Of a DNA stretch of 32,000 nucleotides, positions 16,108-24,580 are shown piece by piece. The stretch's first letter is position 1; every line of letters starts with the position of its first letter. Under the pieces are notes generated by a model, which saw nothing but the letters and a program-made list of their open reading frames with translations, had not been told where the DNA came from and did no database searches. The translations under genes and the position numbers were made by a program. Location: NCBI RefSeq assembly GCF_002310835.1, contig NZ_CP011041.1:960001-992000 (forward strand), read 5' to 3'. The stretch comes from Pseudoalteromonas tetraodonis. Lineage in GTDB: Bacteria > Pseudomonadota > Gammaproteobacteria > Enterobacterales > Alteromonadaceae.

Positions 16108-17415
16108 ATGTCTATGTTAAATAACGCGTTAAGCGGCCTCAATGCTGCAAATATTGCGCTGACTGTGTCAGGGCAAAATGTCGCGAATGCAGCCGTTGAG
16201 GGTTATTCGCGTCAGCAAGCTCAATTTAAAACCTCTAATGTATATTTAGGCGGGGTTGAGGTGGCGTCTGTTGATCGGGTTGTTGACGCCTTTTTAAATG
16301 ACGATATTTGGCGCACTAATTCTGATACCACTTATTATGAAAACAAACAGTCATATCTAGGTTTTATTGAGCAAATCATTGGTACCGACTCGTTAAACTT
16401 AAATAACTCCCTTGCAAGCCTAACAGATGCACTCAATGCTGCAGCAACCAAGCCTGATTCACAGGCTTTCAGGCAACAATTTTTATCCTCTGCAGAGGGC
16501 TTTATGCAAGATATTGCGCAAATTAATGGCGCTTTGGCAGGACAAGCAACAAAGTTAAATGCACAAATGAGTAATGTGGCGCTTAATGTGTCTTCTATTA
16601 CTAAGCAAATAGCCGAAATTAACAGTAGCATTGGATTAGCAACAGCAAACAAGCAATCAACCGCAGAGTTAAAAGATAATCGAGAACGCCTAGTAAACCA
16701 GTTATCAGGGCATATTGGCGTATCTATTGTTGAGCGAGATAATGGCTTTATTGATATTAGTACCTTAAGTGGTGCCCCGCTGGTGGTAGGGAGTAAAGCG
16801 GCATCAATCTCAGTAAATGGAACAACAGTAACGAGTAACTTTATTGGTCAAGAATTCACCCTTGATAAAAACGTTGGTGGTCAATTTGGTGGCTTAATAA
16901 GCGTTGATAACGATGTAATAAAACCAACCCTTGCAACCTTAAATAGCTTAGTTGCCGACCTTGCCGATGATATGAATGGCGCATTACAAAGTGGTTTTGA
17001 TTTAAATAACGACCCCGGTGAAGCACTGTTTACATACAATCCATTAAACCCATTAGGGACGATTGAGATTAACCCTGCGATCACCACTGATAAACTTGGC
17101 TTTAAAGACAGTAGTACCTCAGGACCTGGTGATAACTCTAATATTGCTAATATTGTTGCTTCAATGGCAGGAAAAGGCGATAAGTTTACGTTATTAGTAG
17201 GAGATCTTGCTATTACTAGTAAGCAAAACTTAAATAGCATTACCACCGCTACTAATTTAAGTGAAAACGCCATTGCTGCGCGCGATAGCTACAGCGGGGT
17301 GAACCTTGATGAAGAGGCGGCAAACTTAATGCATTTTCAACAAATGTACAGTGCCAATGCCAAAGTAATTAGCACGGCAGATCAAATGTTTAAATCTTTA
17401 CTGCAAATGTTTTAA
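16108..17415 (+). CDS. flgK: Hook-associated protein 1 FlgK
   Basis: MSMLNNALSGLNAANIALTVSGQNVANAAVEGYSRQ and C-terminal VNLDEEAANLMHFQQMYSANAKVISTADQMF. Confidence 0.92.
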   Translation: MSMLNNALSGLNAANIALTVSGQNVANAAVEGYSRQQAQFKTSNVYLGGVEVASVDRVVDAFLNDDIWRTNSDTTYYENKQSYLGFIEQIIGTDSLNLNNSLASLTDALNAAATKPDSQAFRQQFLSSAEGFMQDIAQINGALAGQATKLNAQMSNVALNVSSITKQIAEINSSIGLATANKQSTAELKDNRERLVNQLSGHIGVSIVERDNGFIDISTLSGAPLVVGSKAASISVNGTTVTSNFIGQEFTLDKNVGGQFGGLISVDNDVIKPTLATLNSLVADLADDMNGALQSGFDLNNDPGEALFTYNPLNPLGTIEINPAITTDKLGFKDSSTSGPGDNSNIANIVASMAGKGDKFTLLVGDLAITSKQNLNSITTATNLSENAIAARDSYSGVNLDEEAANLMHFQQMYSANAKVISTADQMFKSLLQMF

Positions 17416-17427
17416 AAGGGCAATGTT

Positions 17428-18324
17428 ATGCGAGTTAGTAGTCATCAGTTTCATTTAAATTCAATCAAAAACATTCAAAGTAATACTGAAAACTTTAACG
17501 AAAAATCAATTCAGTTAGCAACCAATAAGCGTATTCTTAAGCCCTCAGATGATCCGCTTGGCACTGTAATGATCATGAACCTAGGTTCAGAAATAAAATC
17601 GTTAGAGCAATACAAAACCAATATGGATGCAGTTAACTTTTCATTAGGTCAACAAGAAGTACAGCTAACCGGTATTGTTAACCAAATATATTCACTGCAA
17701 AGTTTAATTACCACCGCAGCTGATGGTTCAATGGGCGAGGCAGAAATTAAAGCACTCGGCCAAGAAATGAGTGTGGCTTTTCCGGCAATTGTTGATTTAC
17801 TAAATGCAACCGACAGCGATGGACAATATTATTTTTCGGGTAGTAAAACCGATGAAAAACCGTTTCAAATTGATGCGACGGGTAATTATGTTTATGCCGG
17901 TGACGATATTGTCAGAGAAGTCGCTGTATCTGACGACTCAAGTGTAAAAAACAATATCGTAGGTAATGATTTAGACCCCGGTGCAGGTTTTTTAAATGCC
18001 ATGCAAGACTATCTTGTTGATGTAAATAATCCGCCAGCAGGTGGTGTTGGCAATCAATCACGGGTGATGATAGATAAATTAGCTGACTTTTTAGGTACTA
18101 TTAGTAGCCAAGTGACCACCATAGGCTCTACTATGGCTTCGCTTGATTCGATTACTACCAGTAATCTAGATATCACCACATTTACGGTTAACTTGCAGGA
18201 CGATTTGAGTGCTGTAGATTATCCAGAAGCGTTTATTTCGATGAATGAATCTATGGCGGCGTATGAATCATCGATGCAGGTTTACTCGACAGTAAGTAAA
18301 CTTTCATTGTTTTCATACATTTAA
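17428..18324 (+). CDS. flgL: Hook-associated protein 3 FlgL
   Basis: MRVSSHQF...QLATNKRILKPSDDPLG is the flagellin-like N-terminal motif of FlgL. 298 aa. Confidence 0.88.
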   Translation: MRVSSHQFHLNSIKNIQSNTENFNEKSIQLATNKRILKPSDDPLGTVMIMNLGSEIKSLEQYKTNMDAVNFSLGQQEVQLTGIVNQIYSLQSLITTAADGSMGEAEIKALGQEMSVAFPAIVDLLNATDSDGQYYFSGSKTDEKPFQIDATGNYVYAGDDIVREVAVSDDSSVKNNIVGNDLDPGAGFLNAMQDYLVDVNNPPAGGVGNQSRVMIDKLADFLGTISSQVTTIGSTMASLDSITTSNLDITTFTVNLQDDLSAVDYPEAFISMNESMAAYESSMQVYSTVSKLSLFSYI

Positions 18325-18350
18325 AATTATAATACTTTCAGGAACTAACT

Positions 18351-19376
18351 ATGCTGGTTAAAAGTAGCGAAAAAGCGCAAGCAATTGACTTGGTTAATAC
18401 CAATAAATCGGATGCACTCGTTACATCAACAAAGGATTCTGCTAACAATTTGTGGAAAAACAAAATTGTTGCCAGAGAGGAGCAAGTTAAAGTACTGACT
18501 GGCTGGGCGCAGCGCGGGGCACTGAGTCAAGCGCTAGCAAAAGCCGAGCAAAGCGAAAGCACTATTCGTAATTTGTATATGGGACTTGAAAAATTAGCAC
18601 AACAATTAAATACCCAAGCTGCTAATACTCAGCCACAACCTATGCAACAACAGCAAATTAAAGTGCAAATAGGGTCATTACAAAACATAGCAAATAAAAA
18701 AGGCTCAGGACTTGATACCCAGCTAAAAATAACAGATCCAAATCGCGCTATTAGCAAACAGCTTAATGCAAATATAGACCTGCTTAGCGCACGTCCACAT
18801 GAAGAAAATATCCAGTTAGTGATGGGTCGTTCGGGCAAATCATTAAGCTTAAAGCTACCCGCCTATCAAGACGAAAAAACCAATTTAACCACCATTCAAA
18901 ATGCGTTTTCACCACATCATATTAATGTTGAGCTTAATCGTGAAAACCGTCTGCTTTTTAGTGCGCAAAAAGAAAATGCATCCCCACTTTTAGAGCCTTG
19001 GGTGATGAGTGGTCAAGGTGTGCGCGTTGCGGCGGGTAACCCGATTTCGTTGCAGCTTAATGATTTAGATAACCCACTTAATGAGCTTGCTAAAATAGCG
19101 GATAAAAATGCCTCTATTGCACAGCATCGTGAACAAATTCAAACTGCGCAGCGTCATTTAAAGGCCAATTTAATAAAAATTCAGGCACAAAAACAGCAAT
19201 TACAAAGCCAACTAGAGCAGCTTGACTCTGCTAGTTCATTAGGCAATACCGATGAACTACTTGCTTTAAGTTTAGGGGTTAAACAGCATATGCAAAACCC
19301 GAGTGTAAATAGTGTGGCTGCGATTATGTCGCAAGCAAACATTACTCGTAATATGGTGCAATACTCTCTCACTTAA
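18351..19376 (+). CDS. Orphan flagellar-locus protein (341 aa), Q-rich/coiled-coil; occupies the position held by LafW in E. coli Flag-2
   Basis: AGGAA RBS, 26 nt after flgL, with no terminator in between. The first terminator follows this gene, so it appears co-transcribed with flgKL. It has a Gln-rich tract and a C-terminal heptad-like region. No family recognised with confidence. Confidence 0.6.
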   Translation: MLVKSSEKAQAIDLVNTNKSDALVTSTKDSANNLWKNKIVAREEQVKVLTGWAQRGALSQALAKAEQSESTIRNLYMGLEKLAQQLNTQAANTQPQPMQQQQIKVQIGSLQNIANKKGSGLDTQLKITDPNRAISKQLNANIDLLSARPHEENIQLVMGRSGKSLSLKLPAYQDEKTNLTTIQNAFSPHHINVELNRENRLLFSAQKENASPLLEPWVMSGQGVRVAAGNPISLQLNDLDNPLNELAKIADKNASIAQHREQIQTAQRHLKANLIKIQAQKQQLQSQLEQLDSASSLGNTDELLALSLGVKQHMQNPSVNSVAAIMSQANITRNMVQYSLT

Positions 19377-19383
19377 TTTTTTA

Positions 19384-19420
19384 ATGCAGCAATCTAGTAT
19401 TGCTGCATCGTTTTTTATTT
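19384..19420 (+). terminator. Rho-independent terminator ending the flgB-to-orphan gene transcription unit
   Basis: ATGCAGCAAT-CTAGT-ATTGCTGCAT (10-bp perfect stem) followed by CGTTTTTTATTT. Confidence 0.85.
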
Positions 19421-19513
19421 CTGCTATTCCACTTATCTGCTTTTAGCCAGTCTAAAACGCTTAATTTACCTTTTTTGAACACATTGATTAAAAAAATAAA
19501 AAAATAATTAGAA

Positions 19514-19544
19514 AAAAGTTTATGTAATTAAAAATATGGTCGCT
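19514..19544 (+). promoter_or_regulatory. Bipartite motif AAAAGTT-N17-GGTCGCT upstream of the flagellin gene
   Basis: AAAAGTT 19514-19520, 17 nt, then GGTCGCT 19538-19544, 67 nt before the flagellin ATG. It is identical in both halves and in spacing to the element upstream of flgM. Confidence 0.35.
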
Positions 19545-19611
19545 CTTAGTTATTAGAAGGTGATTTAGGTTCACTAATTACTTTAGCTATTAATTCAAAG
19601 AGGAAATAAAC

Positions 19612-20451
19612 ATGGCTTTATCAATTCAATCAAACATGGCTTCAATGTCAATCCAAAACCAACTTGGTCGTAGCAACAACGATTTGTCTACAGCACTTGA
19701 GCGTTTAGGTTCTGGTTTTAAAATTAACTCTGCAAAAGATGATGCAGCTGGTCTACAAATCGCTTCACGCTTAAACGCACAAGTACGTGGTCAAGACGCT
19801 GGTTTATACAACGGTAACAACGCTATGTCTATGATGCAAACTGCTGAAGGTGCGTTTGATGAAATGACTAATATTGCTTACCGCATGAAAGAACTTGCTA
19901 CCCAAGGTTCAAGTGATACAAACGGTGCAAAAGAGTGGGCTGCACAAAGTGCAGAATACACAGCACTAGCTACTGAGCTTACAAACATCATGACTAATAC
20001 GTCGTTTGGTGATGGCACTAAACTTTTAGCAGCTGCTGGTAAGTTTGGTGCAGGTGCGGTTAATTTCCAAGTAGGTTCAAGTGCAGCAGAAACCCTTAAT
20101 GTTGATATTTCTACAGAGCTAGGGAATGTGACAACGGCTATTGGTAATGCTGCTGCATTTACAGACGTTGCAACAGCACAAGCGCAGATTGCGTTTGTTG
20201 ATACTTTGGTTGGCGAAATTGGTACTGCACGTTCAACGCTTGGTGCATCAATGAACCGTCTTGACCATACAATGACTAACGTATCTAACATGAAGCAAAA
20301 CACTCAAGCTGCTGTAGGTACGTTAATGGACGCTGATTTTGCTGCTGAAACATCAAACATGACTAAGCAACAATTGCTAATGAACTCTGGTATCTCGGTA
20401 CTGAGCACAGCTAACAGCACAACACAAATGATTGGTTCACTACTTCGTTAA
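19612..20451 (+). CDS. lafA: Flagellin, short lateral type (279 aa)
   Basis: N-terminal SMSIQNQLGRSNNDLSTALERLGSGFKINSAKDDAAGLQIASRL and C-terminal TKQQLLMNSGISVLSTANSTTQMIGSLLR are conserved D0/D1 flagellin termini with almost no variable domain. GAGGAA RBS. The lafA symbol is used by analogy only. Confidence 0.93.
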   Translation: MALSIQSNMASMSIQNQLGRSNNDLSTALERLGSGFKINSAKDDAAGLQIASRLNAQVRGQDAGLYNGNNAMSMMQTAEGAFDEMTNIAYRMKELATQGSSDTNGAKEWAAQSAEYTALATELTNIMTNTSFGDGTKLLAAAGKFGAGAVNFQVGSSAAETLNVDISTELGNVTTAIGNAAAFTDVATAQAQIAFVDTLVGEIGTARSTLGASMNRLDHTMTNVSNMKQNTQAAVGTLMDADFAAETSNMTKQQLLMNSGISVLSTANSTTQMIGSLLR

Positions 20452-20475
20452 TAGTGATTAATCAATTAAGTATGC

Positions 20476-20509
20476 ATAGCTACACCTAAGGGTGTAGCTA
20501 TTATTGTTT
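20476..20509 (+). terminator. Probable terminator after the flagellin gene
   Basis: ATAGCTACACC-TAAG-GGTGTAGCTAT (11-bp stem) followed by a T-rich but interrupted tail (TATTGTTTA). Confidence 0.55.
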
Positions 20510-20575
20510 ATAGTCATAAGTAAAAATATTTACCCTAGATTTTTTTGCTTATAACTAAAATGCTTGGAGATTAAA

Positions 20576-21874
20576 ATGAGCTCTGCAATAGGAATCAATC
20601 CTGGGCAATTAGCCTCACAATATACACAAATTGAGCGTAGCGCTAAAGATCAGCAATTAAGTACTAAAAGTAGCCTTTTTAGCAATCAAATTAAGGCGTT
20701 TGATAGCTTGAAAAGTAAATTATCAAGCTTTTTTGATGACTTACAAGCTAGCTTAAAAGACACCAGCAGTTTATTTTCCAACACAGCCACAGTGAGCAAT
20801 CCATCGGCATTAGGTGTGAGTGCAACTGGCACAGCAGCCAGCGGCGAGTACGATGTATTTGTGGAGCAATTAGCACAAGCACACCAAGTGGCATTGAGTT
20901 TTGATCCGGCTAAAGCTTTAACCACCGATGGTGAGTTAAGTATCGATTTGGCAGGCAGTGCGTTTAGTGTTGACTTTGCAAGCCTTGGCGCCGATGCATC
21001 ATTAACTGATGTTGCTAATGCCATCAACTCACATGTTGATAATAGCGGTGTTAAAGCCTCTGTTGTTCGCTCTGGTACCGAAACGTTTTTAACCTTAACC
21101 AGTGCTGAGTCGGGTGCTGCTAATCAGGTAGGGGTGAGCTTTACTCCAGCTGCGGATGCCAATGGCAGTGATATCACCAATGCTATAACAAACAAACAAG
21201 ATTTAACCTTAGCGCAAGATGCGATTGTTAAGCTAGGGGCTAACTCGGCACTTACCATCACTTCAAGCAGTAATAAACTCGATACGGTTATTGATGGGGT
21301 AACGATTGATTTAACGCAGGCGCAGTCGCCGGGCGATCAGCCAATTCATATATCAATTAACCAAGATCAAGAAAGCTCTAAAGAAAACATTCAAAGTTTT
21401 GTAGATAAATTTAATTCGCTCACCAATGGTATTACCAGTAATCAGTACTTAAAAAGAGACAATATGGCTGCCGGCCTTGCTCGCTCTTTACGCAACGATT
21501 TTCAGGGTACGTTTGAAGGTAAAACCTTATTCTCTGTAGGTATTGAGTTTGATCGTAGCGGCAACTTAAAAATAGATAATAAAAAACTTGAAGAAGCCAT
21601 GGCTACTAACCCTGAGCAGTTAACTAGCATGCTGACAGGTGAAAACGGGTTGTTATCTAAGCTAGAAACCCGCGTAGAGCCTTTCACTAAAAGCTATGGT
21701 TTGATGACGGATAAAAAGCAATCATTGCAGGCGAGCTTAAATATAGTCACTAGGCAACAAAAAGATCATGAAGTGTCGATGGAGCAAGTGTACCAACGTT
21801 ACTTGTCGCAGTTTACACAAATGCAACAGACTATTGCGCAATTAGAATCTACAATGGGTCAATTTGGGAGCTAA
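20576..21874 (+). CDS. fliD: Filament cap protein FliD
   Basis: I prefer ATG 20576 (GGAGA 5 nt upstream) over the track's TTG 20564. GINPGQLASQYTQIERSAKDQQL...FDSLKSKLSSF and the C-terminal coiled region are typical of FliD. Confidence 0.9.
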   Translation: MSSAIGINPGQLASQYTQIERSAKDQQLSTKSSLFSNQIKAFDSLKSKLSSFFDDLQASLKDTSSLFSNTATVSNPSALGVSATGTAASGEYDVFVEQLAQAHQVALSFDPAKALTTDGELSIDLAGSAFSVDFASLGADASLTDVANAINSHVDNSGVKASVVRSGTETFLTLTSAESGAANQVGVSFTPAADANGSDITNAITNKQDLTLAQDAIVKLGANSALTITSSSNKLDTVIDGVTIDLTQAQSPGDQPIHISINQDQESSKENIQSFVDKFNSLTNGITSNQYLKRDNMAAGLARSLRNDFQGTFEGKTLFSVGIEFDRSGNLKIDNKKLEEAMATNPEQLTSMLTGENGLLSKLETRVEPFTKSYGLMTDKKQSLQASLNIVTRQQKDHEVSMEQVYQRYLSQFTQMQQTIAQLESTMGQFGS

Positions 21875-21880
21875 ACATAG

Positions 21881-22267
21881 ATGTTAGATTTAAATGATGG
21901 CTTTTCAGCCTATAAAAGCACATCGGTAGATGCAAAAGCGGCCAGTGCTGATATTCATAAACTGGTGTTAATGTTATTTGATGGTTTTTCGGATGAGCTT
22001 GAAAGAGTAACCGGCCATATAAAACAAAAAAGACATGATAAAAAAGCCGAAAGTATTGAAAAGCTAATGCGCATTTTAGGCGGGCTTGAGGCCTCATTAG
22101 ACCTTGAAAAAGGCGGTGAAGTAGCGCAAAACATGCAAAACCTTTATCAGCATTGTGGGCAAGCGTTATTGCAAGCGAGTATAAAAAACGACTTGAGCTA
22201 TATTGATTCCACCCGTGTGGTGATGAACAACCTGCAAGAAGGGTGGCAAGGGTTAGGCACACAATAA
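21881..22267 (+). CDS. fliS: Flagellin-specific chaperone FliS
   Basis: AYKSTSVDAKAASADIHKLVLMLFDGF...IEKLMRILGGLEASLDLEKGGEVAQNMQNLYQHC shows the four-helix FliS pattern. Confidence 0.9.
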   Translation: MLDLNDGFSAYKSTSVDAKAASADIHKLVLMLFDGFSDELERVTGHIKQKRHDKKAESIEKLMRILGGLEASLDLEKGGEVAQNMQNLYQHCGQALLQASIKNDLSYIDSTRVVMNNLQEGWQGLGTQ

Positions 22268-22276
22268 ACGTATTAG

Positions 22277-22309
22277 AACCAGCTACCCTTAGCTGGTTTT
22301 TTCATTTTT
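22277..22309 (+). terminator. Rho-independent terminator after fliS
   Basis: AACCAGCT-ACCCTT-AGCTGGTT followed by TTTTCATTTTT. Confidence 0.75.
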
Positions 22310-22456
22310 AACACGGCTATTTTTTACTTCCTCTACTGCTTAAATAATCTTTCTATTTATTATTAATAGCACATCACTTCCTTCCGAGGTGGAAGTTCCG
22401 CTTCCGCCTTTTTGGGTTTTTATTTTATTTATTAATATAAAACAACAACTTAAAAT

Positions 22457-22472
22457 TGGCTTGCTTTTTGCT
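22457..22472 (+). promoter_or_regulatory. Candidate sigma-54 promoter for the fliT-like/fliK/fliL/fliA/motAB transcription unit
   Basis: TGGCTT-GCTTT-TTGCT. GG (22458-59) and GC (22470-71) are 12 nt apart, matching TGGCAC-N5-TTGCW at the invariant positions. Confidence 0.5.
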
Positions 22473-22492
22473 AAAAGAAATATGAACTTATA

Positions 22493-22828
22493 ATGAATTC
22501 AGTATTGCTAATGGAACACTCTCAAAAATACGCAGCTCAAAAAATGGAACAATTACTTAGCACCATGGAAGATGCTATCCATGAGAGTAATTGGTATCAA
22601 GTTAAAGCAGCCGATAAGCAGTTACTTGCGCTTTATGCACAGTTACAAAGTATGCCTTGCTTTAGCTCAATGAAAACTGAACAAGACAATCTAAAAGCAC
22701 GCTACGCGGACTTAATTGAGCTGGTTAGTCAAAAGCAAGCAGCTATCAAAGTGCAAATGCAGCGCCATCAAGAGGATAAAGAAGGCTTACTGGCATATGA
22801 AAAAGTACAACAAGGACTGTCATTATGA
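22493..22828 (+). CDS. Small helical protein in the FliT/LafD position (111 aa)
   Basis: It lies between fliS and fliK, and its stop overlaps the fliK start (ATGA). It is predicted all-helical. The assignment as a FliT-like chaperone is positional only. The start codon is uncertain (no SD; alternative ATGs at 22511 and 22544). Confidence 0.55.
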   Translation: MNSVLLMEHSQKYAAQKMEQLLSTMEDAIHESNWYQVKAADKQLLALYAQLQSMPCFSSMKTEQDNLKARYADLIELVSQKQAAIKVQMQRHQEDKEGLLAYEKVQQGLSL

Positions 22829-24114
22829 GTATTCAAGCGAATAATATGGCGACAAAGACTGACTTTGGCAGTGCCACTAATAAACCAACCATATTAAAAA
22901 GTAGTACGCCTGCAGATGCGCAAGAACTACAGAGCGAGCTTGAGCCGTTTACGCTTTCTTCAAAGCAACAGCAAACAAAACAGCAAAATGTGCAAGGTGA
23001 ACAACCTCAAGAAAGTTCAGAACAACTAGCGCAAGAAGATGCTAGTGCAGAAACACAAGAAATAATAAATCCGTATTTTTTTAGCACCGCAAATTATAAT
23101 CTTGATACCAATAAAATAAGCGCGCCTGTCAAAACCTTACTAAATCCAAATAGTAACCTTGGTGTAGATAGCGAAGTAATGGCTGAGGAAACACCAACAG
23201 CACAGCTTGTGACTAATGAACAGCTACAGACTACGCATTTAGAGACTCAGAGCGAAGACAGCTTTGTAACTCAAGAGCCTGCTAAAACTACGCCTGTGCA
23301 AAACATTGCAATGAACATAGCCACCACGGCTGCGCCTACTGCGGCGATAAATGTAACGCCAGCAAATGCAGTAGTTAATAAAGAATTAAATACACTCGAA
23401 GTAGACAAAGCACCACAAACACTATACTCGCAAGCGCTTTTGAATCGATTAAATCAACCTTCGGTAGTGTTGAACACTTATGCACAAGCGCAATCAAGTA
23501 GCCTAACCAGTGAGCAAGTAGCCATACAACCGAGTGTGTCGCTGAGCAAACTTGAGCTTGCGGCATTGTCACAAAGTGCGCAATCGAAAATGGTCTTTAC
23601 AGAAAGTCGCGAGAGTACGGGTCAAAAATCAACATTAGTGAATGCATTTTCAGCGTCCGCACCCGCGCCAGAGAGCTTTGAGTGGCATAAAGAAAAATTA
23701 AAAGAGGCTCCCAGTGAGTGGGGGCAGCGCTTATTACATGTACTTGGCGACAAGGTAAAACTGCAAATAGGCCAACAACTACAACGCGCGCAAATTAGAT
23801 TAGATCCTCCTAATTTAGGCAGTATTGAAATATCGATAAATATTGAAGGTGATAAAACCTCAGTCAGTTTAACTACGAGTAATGCGCAGGTGAGAGATGC
23901 TATAGCACAAACTTTAGATCAGTTGCGTCAGTCATTATCACAAAACTCATCCACCACAGTGGATGTTAATTTAAGTGATAAACAGCAGCAGTCGCAACAG
24001 CAGCTTGAAAATAACGAGATTGCAAATAATCAAACCGAGTCGCCCTCCCATAGTGATACAGCCAGCACTCACTCAGCAAAATCGCCATTAGATTGGTTAG
24101 ATTTATTAGTATAA
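22825..24114 (+). CDS. fliK: Hook-length control protein FliK
   Basis: Q/T/S-rich disordered N-terminal two-thirds. The C-terminal Flg_hook-type domain is LQRAQIRLDPPNLGSIEISINIEGDKTSVSLTTSNAQVRDAIAQTLDQLRQSL. Confidence 0.88.
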   Translation: MSIQANNMATKTDFGSATNKPTILKSSTPADAQELQSELEPFTLSSKQQQTKQQNVQGEQPQESSEQLAQEDASAETQEIINPYFFSTANYNLDTNKISAPVKTLLNPNSNLGVDSEVMAEETPTAQLVTNEQLQTTHLETQSEDSFVTQEPAKTTPVQNIAMNIATTAAPTAAINVTPANAVVNKELNTLEVDKAPQTLYSQALLNRLNQPSVVLNTYAQAQSSSLTSEQVAIQPSVSLSKLELAALSQSAQSKMVFTESRESTGQKSTLVNAFSASAPAPESFEWHKEKLKEAPSEWGQRLLHVLGDKVKLQIGQQLQRAQIRLDPPNLGSIEISINIEGDKTSVSLTTSNAQVRDAIAQTLDQLRQSLSQNSSTTVDVNLSDKQQQSQQQLENNEIANNQTESPSHSDTASTHSAKSPLDWLDLLV

Positions 24115-24139
24115 CTACCTTGGATTAAGAGAGATAAAA

Positions 24140-24571
24140 GTGAAAAAAATAATAATACCCCTAACCGTATTAGCACTTATTGCGGCTGCATTTTTTGCGG
24201 GACAGTTTTTTAACGACAGTGACTCATCTCAAGGGAGTAAACAAGCTGACATTAGTAAAGTTGAATATCACGAAATGGAGCGCTTTATTATAAGCGTATC
24301 AGATGACTCAATTGCCCGTTATTTGGTGCTCGACTTGGTACTTGTTACTTCGCCATCAGTTTACAACACAGGAACAGAGGCCATGGAGCCGCTAGTGAGA
24401 AATGTACTGGTAAAACAGTTTGCCAACATGAGCCATAGCCAAGCAAAAGCTGTTTTTAAGGATATCGATGCGGTTCAAAAAGACTTACTCGAGCAGTTTA
24501 ATTTGGTTTTAGCGAATGCTGTTTCGGTTCGTCTAGATAATGTACTCATTACGAATGTCTTTATTCAATAG
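24140..24571 (+). CDS. fliL: Basal-body-associated protein FliL
   Basis: GTG start after GAGAGA. It has a single N-terminal TM helix (IIIPLTVLALIAAAFFAGQFF) followed by a FliL-like periplasmic domain (YHEMERFIISV...YLVLDLVLV). Confidence 0.8.
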   Translation: MKKIIIPLTVLALIAAAFFAGQFFNDSDSSQGSKQADISKVEYHEMERFIISVSDDSIARYLVLDLVLVTSPSVYNTGTEAMEPLVRNVLVKQFANMSHSQAKAVFKDIDAVQKDLLEQFNLVLANAVSVRLDNVLITNVFIQ

Positions 24572-24580
24572 GCTATCGCT

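Noticed and set aside
19421-19611. Canonical sigma-28 promoter (TAAAGTTT-N11-GCCGATAA) upstream of the flagellin gene
   Set aside because: I found no CGATAA-type -10 element with proper spacing. Only the non-canonical AAAAGTT-N17-GGTCGCT element is present, and it is reported as a finding instead.
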